Of a DNA stretch of 64,000 nt, positions 9,501 through 19,000 are shown one piece after another. Position 1 is the stretch's first letter, and the number at the start of each line of letters is the position of its first letter. A program made the translations under genes and the position numbers. The notes below the pieces were generated by a model. That model had not been told where the DNA came from, searched no databases, and saw only the letters and a program-made list of their open reading frames with translations. The stretch lies in the NCBI GenBank assembly GCA_002269645.1, contig NIVC01002338.1, positions 1-64,000 on the forward strand, written 5' to 3'. The stretch is from Macrostomum lignano (lineage: Eukaryota).

Positions 9501-12500
9501 CTCTAGTCTAATTGTCTCTAATCTCTCTCATCTAATCTCATCATCTCTAGTCTTATTGTCTGTTATCTCTCTCGTCTAATCTCATTATCTGTAGTCTTAT
9601 TGTCTCTTATCTCTCTCGCCTAATCTCATTATCTCTAGTCTTATTGTCTGTTATCTCTCTCGTCTAATCTCATTATCTCTAGTCTTATTGTATCTTATCT
9701 CTCTCATCTAATCTCATAATCTCTAGTCTTATTGTCTGTTATCTCTCTCGTCCAATCTCATTATCTGTAGTCTTATTGTCTCTTATCTCTCTCGTCTAAT
9801 CTCATTATCTCTAGTCTCGTTGTCTTTAATCTCTCTCATCTAATCTCATTATCTCTAGTCTCGTTGTCTTTAATCTCTTTCACCCAATCTCATTAGCTCT
9901 CATCTAGTCTCACTAACTCTAATCTCGATGTCTCCATAATCTCTCTCATCTAATCTCATTATCTTTCATCTAGTCTTATTATCTGTAGTCTCATTCTCTC
10001 ATCTCCTTGGCTGATCTCCATGTCTCTTATCTCTCATCTAATCTCATTATTTCTCATCTAGTCTCATTATCTAATCTTCCTATCTGATCTCATAGTCTCT
10101 TATCTCTAATCTTAGTCTCTAATCTCACCATCTGATATCATTCTCTCTAATCTCTCTCATCTCTCAAGATACAAGGCGCATCTAATCTCACTTTGGCAGG
10201 TAGAGAAAACTCGCGCTCAAGCGTTGAAACTGAAGCAGCGACTGGAAGAGCAACTGGAGGCGACAGCGGCTGACCGAGATGCCCTGCAGGCTAAGCTGGA
10301 AGAAGCCGAACAGCGATTGCTGACGCGTCAGAAAGAGAATCAATCGGAGACTGGAAAGAGTGTATCAGGAGAGGTGGGCACTGCTAGAGCGATAGTTACT
10401 TTTAATCCTGAGAAAAACAATTTCCTAAAATATGATTTTCAACTTTTTAGCTCAAAACTGTCATGAACGGAGTGTTTCAATCGTTGCGACGTAAGATTGA
10501 TCCTAACAAACGTTACAGCGGCGAGAAAGTGTTGCAAACTCTGCTTTTAGTGATTAAGGTACGTTCGGTGTAACAGGATATTTCTGGGGCCACGGGTTGA
10601 AGCTTTACTGGCTGGATGGCTGGCTAGGAGTGAGACAGAACGCCTTCTTTATGTACATTGGGGCAGAGGGGGTTGAAGCTTCACTGGCTGGCTGGCTAGG
10701 AGTGAGACAGAACACCTTCTTTATGTACATTGGGGCAGAGGGGGTTGAAGCTTCACTGGCTGGCTGGCTAGAAGTGAGGTGGGCCGCCTTATCTATGCAC
10801 ATTGGGGCAGAGGGGGTTTGAAGCTTCACTGGTTGGCTGGCTAGGAGTGGGGCGGGCCGCCTTCTCTATGTACACTGGGGCAGAGGGTGTTGAAGCTTCA
10901 CTGGCTGGCTGGCTGGGAGTGGGGCGGGCCGCCTTCTCTATGTACACTGGGGCAGAAGGGGTTGAAGCTTCACTCGCTGGCTGGCTAGGAGTGGGACGGG
11001 CCGCCTTCTCTATGTACAGTGGGAGAGGGGGGGTTGAATCCTACCTATTCACTATTTTACTTACCGCAGAAAGAGACGCTGCGTGCCACCGGAGAACTGG
11101 CGGAAAATGACGATGAGGAAGAAGACGAAGAAGAAGACGAGGATGAGGAGGCATCCAGCGAGGCTGAAGATGAAGACAAAGACGAAGTTGATAATGCAGA
11201 TGAAAAGCCGACAATAGACGAGGCAGCCGAAGAGGACAAAGAAGTTGCCGCCATTGCAGCGGCCGCCGACGCCTTAGGCGGAACTGTCGACGTTGAGCCG
11301 TCAACTCCGCCGACTTCGCCAGGCGAGCACTCTCACTCGGAGCTGGTCGTCAGCGCCGCCGAGAAGCTCCACCGTCAGGAAATCAGCGCTCGTTTAAGCG
11401 CCCTGTCGCCATCGTCAGCTCTGGCGCCTGATGGTGCAGCAGCAGCGGCGGCGGCGGCGGCGCCGAGCGCCGATGATTTTCGACCGCTGCCTAGCGGCGG
11501 TCCGTCGACGCCGCCAGCCACGCCGGAGCCGGGCGGCCGTTATCGAATTCGGGGGCGCGGCAGCAATAGCGTCGGCGATGGCGCCGTTTCGCCGCCGTTG
11601 CTTGGCGCCGCAGCCGCAGCGGCTGCTGGGGGCGCCGACGAGGACGGCATGGCTGCCGGTGGCGACGCTGACGAAGGTCGCGGCGGCGGCGGCCTCGAGG
11701 ATTCTGGCACATTCGACGAGTTTGATAGTAAAGTTCGGTCGCCCGAAAATCGGCCGAATCTGCACGATGATGAGGAAGAGGAAGCGGATGAAGATGCTGG
11801 GGGAAATGTGGTCATTGCGGCTCCATCGCAGTTCGCCTGGAACCTGGTGTATCTGGGGATGAGAAGGCTTCGTCAGATGATGATCGTGCAGGCAGGGAGA
11901 GCCCGCCGCCTATGGAGGAAGAGGAAAATCCGGATGCGACTGAAAAGCCGGCATCAAATAATGGGGAAATCCCATCCGAGGACAGGGAAATCCCATCCGA
12001 GAACAGGGAAATCCCATCCGAGGACAGGGAAATTCCATCTGAGGACAGGGAAATCCCATCCGAGGACAGGGAAATCCCATCCAAGGACAGGGAAATCCCA
12101 TCCGAGGACAGGGAAATCCCATCCGAGGACAGAGAAATCCCATCCGAGGACAGGGAAATCCCATCCGAGGACAAGAAAATCATATCAGAAGAGGATCAAC
12201 CTTCTGTTGATGTGACAACTGAGGAAGAGAAAGTTAAAGATGCCCTGCCTTCCGAAGAAAAACCCGTTAGCGTCGACAAGGTCAATGATAATGAAGGTCA
12301 GAGTGCAGCAACCGGCCAGCCATCGGATCCGACCTCACCGCTGCCGCCAGCTCCCAAGCTTAAGGAGTAAGTCCGAGTGATTAAAAATACAGAATTGCAA
12401 AATCAAAAAATTATCGAAACTTTGAACAAATATTTTGCAGCATCTTTGCCGACTCCGATAGCGATGAAGAATCACCCGCCGCTGCAGCTTCACTTAGCAA

Positions 12501-14157
12501 GCAGCAGCAGCAAAAGTCTAGCTCAAACAGTCAGCAAAAACATTCAACGGTTTCCGTTGAAAAGAAGTCTAAAGTTCCGAAGTAAGTTGCCTGTCTTGAA
12601 TTGTAGGTCATTTTTCTATGTCTTTGTTTTGAAACAGATTTTACTGTTTAATTTTTGCAATTTTACAGCATATTTGGAGACGAAGATAGTGACGAAGATG
12701 AAGAAAGTGCCTTTGGCAAGTCTTTGTTTAAGAAGAAAGACGAAGAGCAACCAACTCCTGCTGCTGAGAAAGTAAGTCTTTTGAAGAAAGTTGATTTGCC
12801 TAGTATTTAATGCCTCACTTCTATTTATACTTCACAATGTAAATCGACTTACATAACTATTCTAGCCCTCTGCCCGCCACTGAAGCTTCAATTGTCTTTT
12901 CCTCCTGTGTACATTCGTTATTCTCTCTATCCCTAAGTGAAAAAAGCTTCAAACCCCTCTTTATAGTGTACATTTGCCGATTGAATTATCTAGCCTCCCC
13001 AGCCAGTTAGTGACAATTCAAACCTCTCTCTCCCACAGTGTACATTTGCCGATTGAATTATCTAGCCTCCCCAGCCAGTTAGTGACAATTCAAACCTCTC
13101 TCTCCAACAGTGTACATTTGCCGATTGAATTATCTAGCCTCCCCAGCCAGTTAGTGACAATTCAAACCTCTCTCTCCAACAGTGTACATTTGCCGATTGA
13201 ATTATCTAGCCTCCCCAGCCAGTTAGTGACAATTCAAACCTCTCTCTCCCACAGTGTACATTTGCCGATTGAATTATCTAGCCTCCCCAACCAGTTAGTG
13301 AAAATTCAAACCCCCCTCTCTCTCCCGCAGTGTAAATTTGCCGATTGAATTATCTAGCCTCCCCAGCCAGTTAGTGAAAATTCAAACCCCCCTCTCTCTC
13401 CCACAGTGTACATTTGCCGATTGAATTATCTAGCCTCCCCAGCCAGTTAGTGAAAATTCAAACCCCCTCTCTCTCCCACAGTGTACATTTGCCGATTGAA
13501 TTATCTAGCCTCCCCAGCCAGTTAGTGAAAATTCAAACCCCCTCTCTCTCCCACAGTGTACATTTGCCGATTGAATTATCTAGCCTCCCCAGCCAGTTAG
13601 TGAAAATTCAAACCCCCCTCTCTCTCCCACAGTGTACATTTGCCGATTGAATTATCTAGCCTCCCCAGCCAGTTAGTGACAATTCAAACCTCTCTCTCCC
13701 ACAGTGTACATTTGCCGATTGAATTATCTAGCCTCCCCAGCCAGTTAGTGACAATTCAAACCTCTCTCTCCCACAGTGTACATTTGCCGATTGAATTATC
13801 TAGCCTCCCCAGCCAGTTAGTGACAATTCAAACCTCTCTCTCCCACAGTGTACATTTGCCGATTGAATTATCTAGCCTCCCCAGCCAGTTAGTGAAAATT
13901 CAAACCTCTCTCTCCCACAGTGTACATTTGCCGATTGAATTATCTAGCCTCCCCAGCCAGTTAGTGAAACTTCAGACGCCTCTACTTCAGTGTACATCAA
14001 CTAGTGCATAAAAGTACATAAAAATTTAATACAAAAACAATGAAATTCAAATCCTTATCTTAAATTTAAGCCTACCGCTGCCGCCACCACGGCCGGGAAA
14101 CCGAAGCCACTGTTCAGTGACGACGAAGATGACGATAGCATGGATTGGCTTAAATAA
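341..14157 (+). CDS. FKBP15: FK506-binding protein 15 (WAFL) orthologue, 3' portion; upstream exons lie outside the window
   Basis: Exons with GT-AG ends and consistent phases: 341-622, 1594-2094, 3044-3482, 8953-9347, 10200-10373, 10451-10558, 11070-12366 (needs one extra nt near 11800), 12441-12581, 12669-12771, 14071-14157. Peptides match FKBP15 as I recall it: SETRQHNTEMRLSVARVQDQLDRL, EKSDKIQELNDK|ISAL, LKTVMNGVFQSLRR...IK|KETL, and C-terminal PLFSDDEDDDSMDWLK*. Several short exons are absent from the ORF track. Confidence 0.9.
772..1462. repeat. Intronic minisatellite, 34-bp unit TGACATTAGGCCCTAGATGTCCCTTTGAATGCCC
   Basis: About 20 tandem units; diverges towards the 3' end. Confidence 0.95.
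2178..3018. repeat. Intronic minisatellite, ~21-bp unit TATCCAGTGGGGTCTTTTTGC
   Basis: Tandem units fill intron 2095-3043. Confidence 0.95.
4439..4651 (+). repeat. 5' LTR (213 bp), TATAAATA at 4581-4588
   Basis: Base-by-base identical to 8547-8759; starts TGTAG, ends CAACA. Confidence 0.95.
4653..8551 (+). CDS. Gag-Pol polyprotein (~1300 aa after restoring four single missing bases)
   Basis: Double CCHC knuckle CTRCGGNH..ECKAMGQKCRRCGKTNHFAKMC; protease IDCGA; RT KLDLRQGYQQ, PFGL, IVDDIL; RNase H TCDAS, EREALA, TDHKAL, ADMLSR; integrase HEGH...CTAC, IDIFG, SDNGPQF, VERFN; C-terminal LRRSTRARRQPARY. Frame breaks at ~5303, ~6806, ~7712 and ~8450. 3899+4 nt = 1301 codons. Confidence 0.9.
4654..4663 (+). 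promoter_or_regulatory. Primer binding site TGGCGACGAG, probably for tRNA-Ser(GCU)
   Basis: Begins 2 nt after the 5' LTR; complementary to the 3' end ...CUCGUCGCCA typical of metazoan tRNA-Ser(GCU); overlaps the gag ATG at 4653. Confidence 0.75.
8533..8546 (+). promoter_or_regulatory. Polypurine tract GGAAGGGGGGAGAA
   Basis: Immediately precedes the TG of the 3' LTR. Confidence 0.9.
8547..8759 (+). repeat. 3' LTR (213 bp)
   Basis: Identical to 4439-4651. Confidence 0.95.
9365..10190. repeat. Intronic TC-rich ~41-bp minisatellite (CTCTCTCATCTAATCTCATTATCTCTAGTCTTATTGTCT...)
   Basis: Tandem units decaying towards the acceptor at 10199. Confidence 0.9.
10585..11040 (-). repeat. Intronic ~63-65 bp minisatellite, reverse complement of the array at 1-275
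   Basis: GGGGCAGAGGGGGTTGAAGCTTCACTGGCTGGCTGGCTAGGAGTG...CTTCTCTATGTACA is the reverse complement of the units at 1-275. Confidence 0.9.
11965..12175 (+). repeat. Coding 21-bp minisatellite encoding (EIPSEDR)n inside an FKBP15 exon
   Basis: About 10 copies of GAAATCCCATCCGAGGACAGG within exon 11070-12366. Confidence 0.85.
12960..13995 (+). repeat. Intronic 72-75 bp minisatellite (AGTGTACATTTGCCGATTGAATTATCTAGCCTCCCCAGCCAGTTAGTGAMAATTCAAACC...)
   Basis: About 14 units; shares AGTGTACAT, CTAGCC, CCAGCCA, AGTGA and TTCAAACC-CTCT blocks with the 1-275/10585-11040 family. Confidence 0.9.
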
Positions 14158-14183
14158 TTATGATTATAATTAGATAAACTGAT

Positions 14184-14189
14184 AATAAA
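14184..14189 (+). terminator. Candidate polyadenylation signal AATAAA for FKBP15
   Basis: First AATAAA, 27 nt after the stop codon; position only. Confidence 0.4.
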
Positions 14190-14889
14190 ATCACGATCAC
14201 GAGCGAAATATCTGAAATATTTGACAGATTTTTATCAATTCTTTCATTAACAATTAGAAACTAGTGGTGCTGTCTGAAATTCTAAAATAACATTTTGCGT
14301 GCAAAAGTTGTAACGTTTAATAAAACTTTAGCGATCAAAAAACTTTTTGCGTAAATTTTGATCTCTGATTTGATATTTTGGTTCAATTATTAATGGTGTT
14401 TCTGGTATCATAGTGTTCACAAGCGAGTTTATAAAATGAAACTGTGTCTGTTTTGTTGTTTGATTTTCATACTTTATCAAAAACATTTCTAAATTACAAA
14501 ATATGACTGTAGATTATTTATGTTAACCAAGAATTTGACAATCTTAAGAAGGCGTGTCTGATCTTAGGAAAAATTCTCTGATTTAGTGAAGCAAATTAAT
14601 TCAAGCCGTTTACATTTACTTCACATGCAATTGTTGAAAGGCACCAAAATTCATTATAAAATTTTGATTATTCAACATAAATGTGCTCCAATCAATGTTT
14701 GGCCATTATTTTTTAATCCTCTATTCAGTCTATTTATCATAGATAATTTGGTGTTTACTGCGTTTCATAAAATCATTGCCATGATGGTAATGATGATGAT
14801 TGATTTGATAATACATTCGAATGAAGCCAGATTTTTATATTAATTGCACAACACTTTCATCTGCCGTAGTCTTTGTAATTTATTATATA

Positions 14890-14987
14890 ATCTGCCTGTC
14901 TGACTGTCTTTCCGTCTGTCTGTCTGTCTGTCTGCCTGCCTGTCTGTCTGTTTGTCTGTGTCTTAGTGTCTGTCTGACTGTCTTTCC

Positions 14988-15049
<62 letters not shown>

Positions 15050-15418
15050 GTCTGCCTGCTTGTCTGTCTGTCTGTCTGCCTGCTTGTCTGTCTGTCTGTC
15101 TGCCTGCTTGTCTGTCTGTCTGAGTGTCTGTCTGAGTGTCTGTCTGTCTGTCTCTCTGTCTGTCTATCTGCCTGTCTGTCTGTCTGTCTGTCTGTCTTTC
15201 TGTCTGTCTGTCTGTCTGCCTGTCTGTCTGCCTGCCTGTCTGTCTGTCTGAGTGTCTGTCTGAGTGTCTGTCTGTCTGTCTCTCTGTCTGTCTATCTGCC
15301 TGTCTGTCTGTCTGTCTGTCTGTCTTTCTGTCTGTCTGTCTGCCTGTCTGTCTGCCTGCCTGTCTGTCTGTCTGCCTGCCTGTCTGTCTGTCTGTCTGTC
15401 TGTCTGCCTGTCGGTCTC
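14890..15418. repeat. (CTGT)n microsatellite with a 128-bp internal duplication
   Basis: Directly visible; the block at 15121 recurs at 15249. Confidence 0.95.
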
Positions 15419-16011
15419 TGGGGTCCAGACAGGGAATGGAATCAGTCACAGAGAAGGTTATTAGTTCATCAGTCTGCAGAACTGATTGCCTGTTCCAGCT
15501 TGTATTCCGTTTACCGGAAAGGCACCTAACCAGAGGAAATGAAACCCTGGAAGTGGGATTTAATCTGACCGAATTCAAATTTCCCAGACAGAACCACAGC
15601 GTATCCGTCTGAAGGAGCTCCTCAGAGTGGTCTGGATCTTGAATAAATGTGTTTTGCACAGAAAGCGGTCTGTGTACTATCTCGGTACTTCATGTGCATT
15701 ACGAGTATTCCACTGTTCCAGTGGCAATTCGTTAATTTCCTGTTATCTCCCCACGGCTGTCAATCTATCTGTTCGTTGGAAAAATAAGAGCGAAAAAAAG
15801 ATTTTAATTTCCGCTCAGTTTGAATAAAGATGCTGTAGCCTATTCAGGCCGCACCCGCAGATGTTCATTTATAATTAAATGTGTTCAGGCACTCGCGTGA
15901 TGTCTGAGGGTTTTGGGAAGCCTATAAATTCATCGCGGCTGGTGGCCCCTTGATCGGACCTGCAACAACAACCAGTTTGAGTCAAGCGATTTTTCTGACA
16001 TACTTTCAGGC

Positions 16012-19000
16012 ATGGCACTGTATTTCGATCGACTCGGTAAGTAACTCGTCTGTTTAGTACGTGCGTATCATCCTTGACTCATCAGTGACAGCCTTGAATC
16101 TTAAGTGACGTACATGTACTTGACTCTTCAGTCTTCAGCGATATCCTTGACTCATCAGTGACATCCTTGGCTCTTCAGCGATATCCTTGACTCTTTAGTG
16201 ACGTCCTTGACTCTTCAGCGATATCCTTGACTCTTTAGTGACGTCCTTGACTCTTCAGCGATATCCTTGACTCTTTAGTGACGTCCTTGACTCTTCAGCG
16301 ATATCCTTGACTCTTTAGTGACGTCCTTGACTCTTCAGCGATATCCTTGACTCTTTAGTGACGTCCTTGACTCTTCAACGATATCCTTGACTCTTCAACG
16401 ATATCCTTGACTCTTCAACGATATCCTTGACTCTTTAGTGACGTCTTTGACCCTTCAGCGATATCCTTGACTCTTCAACGATATCCTTGACCCTTCAGCG
16501 ATATCCTTGACTCTTCAACGATATCCTTGACTCTTTGGTGACGTCCTTGACTCTTCAGCGATATCCTTGACTCTTCAGCGATATCCTTGACTCTTCAGCG
16601 ATATCCTTGACTCTTCAGCGATATCCTTGACTCTTCAGCGATATCCTTGACTCTTCAGCGATATCCTTGACTCTTTAGTGACGTCTTTGACTCTTCAGCG
16701 ATATCCTTGACTCTTCAACGATATCCTTGACTCTTCAGCGATATCCTTGACTCTTCAGCGATATCCTTGACTCTTTAGTGACGTCTTTGACTCTTCAGCG
16801 ATATCCTTGACTCTTCAGCGATATCCTTGACTCTTTGGTGACGTCCTTGACTCTTCAGCGATATCCTTGACTCTTCAGCGATATCCTTGACTCTTCAGCG
16901 ATATCCTTGACTCTTCAGCGATATCCTTGACTCTTTAGTGACGTCTTTGACTCTTCAGCGATATCCTTGACTCTTCAACGATATCCTTGACTCTTCAGCG
17001 ATATCCTTGACTCTTCAGCGATATCCTTGACTCTTTAGTGACGTCTTTGACTCTTCAGCGATATCCTTGACTCTTCAGCGATATCCTTGACTCTTCAGCG
17101 ATATCCTTGACTCTTCAACGATATCCTTGACTCTTTAGTGACGTCTTTGACTCTTCAGCGATATCCTTGACTCTTTAGTGACGTCCTTGACTCTTCAACG
17201 ATATCCTTGACTCTTCAACGATATCCTTGACTCTTTAGTGACGTCTTTGACTCTTCAGCGATATCCTTGACTCTTTAGTGACGTACTTGACTCTTCAGCG
17301 ATATCCTTGACTCTTCAACGATATCCTTGACTCTTCAGCGATATCCTTGACTCTTCAGCGATATCCTTGACTCTTTAGTGACGTCCTTGACTCTTCAACG
17401 ATATCCTTGACTCTTCAACGATATCCTTGACCCTTCAGCGATATCCTTGACCCTTCAACGATATCCTTGACTCTTTGGTGACGTCCTTGACTCTTCAGCG
17501 ATATCCTTGACTCTTCAGCGATATCCTTGACTCTTCAGCGATATCCTTGACTCTTCAGCGATATCCTTGACTCTTCAGCGATATCCTTGACTCTTTAGTG
17601 ACGTCTTTGACTCTTCAGCGATATCCTTGACTCTTCAACGATATCCTTGACTCTTCAGCGATATCCTTGACTCTTCAGCGATATCCTTGACTCTTTAGTG
17701 ACGTCTTTGACTCTTCAGCGATATCCTTGACTCTTCAGCGATATCCTTGACTCTTTGGTGACGTCCTTGACTCTTCAGCGATATCCTTGACTCTTCAGCG
17801 ATATCCTTGACTCTTCAGCGATATCCTTGACTCTTCAGCGATATCCTTGACTCTTTAGTGACGTCTTTGACTCTTCAGCGATATCCTTGACTCTTCAACG
17901 ATATCCTTGACTCTTCAGCGATATCCTTGACTCTTCAGCGATATCCTTGACTCTTTAGTGACGTCTTTGACTCTTCAGCGATATCCTTGACTCTTCAGCG
18001 ATATCCTTGACTCTTCAGCGATATCCTTGACTCTTCAACGATATCCTTGACTCTTTAGTGACGTCTTTGACTCTTCAGCGATATCCTTGACTCTTTAGTG
18101 ACGTCCTTGACTCTTCAACGATATCCTTGACTCTTCAACGATATCCTTGACTCTTTAGTGACGTCTTTGACTCTTCAGCGATATCCTTGACTCTTTAGTG
18201 ACGTACTTGACTCTTCAGCGATATCCTTGACTCTTCAACGATATCCTTGACTCTTCAGCGATATCCTTGACTCTTCAGCGATATCCTTGACTCTTTAGTG
18301 ACGTCCTTGACTCTTCAACGATATCCTTGACTCTTCAACGATATCCTTGACTCTTCAGCGATATCCTTGACTCTTTAGTGACGTCCTTGACTCTTCAGCG
18401 ATATCCTTGACTCTTTAGTGACGTCCTTGACTCTTCAGCGATATCCTTGACTCTTTAGTGACGTCATTGACTCTTCAGCGATATCCTTGACTCTTCAGCG
18501 ATATCCTTGACTCTTCAGCGATATCCTTGACTCTTCAGCGATATCCTTGACTCTTCAGCGATATCCTTGACTCTTCAGCGATATCCTTGACTCTTTAGTG
18601 ACGTCCTTGACTCATCAGTGACGTCCCTTGACTCCTTGGTGACATCCTTGACTCTTTGGTGACATCCTTGACTCTTCGGTGACATCCTTGACTCTTTGAT
18701 GACATCTTTGACTCTCCGGTGACATTCTTGACTCTAGTGAGTGATATCCTTGACTCTTCAGCGATATCCTTGACTCATCAGTGACGTCCCTTGACTCCTT
18801 GGTGACATCCTTGACTCTTCGGTGACATCCTTGACTCTAGTGAGTGATGTCCTTGACACTTCAGTGACATTCTTGACTCTTCAGTAACGTCCTTGAATCA
18901 CCAGTGACGTACTTGACTCTTCAGTGACGTCCTTGACTCTTCAGTGACGTCCTTGGCTCATCAGTGACGGCCTTGACTCTTAAGTAGCATCAAGTGATTT

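Noticed and set aside
12974-15659. ORFs PIELSSLPSQLV... and (QTDR)n / (SVCL)n
   Set aside because: Minisatellite and (CTGT)n microsatellite shadows; the same applies to 56540-57435.
16070-18985. CRISPR-like regular repeats (also 25708-28660, 51770-53100, 59775-60905)
   Set aside because: Head-to-tail units without unique spacers, eukaryotic intron context and no cas genes.
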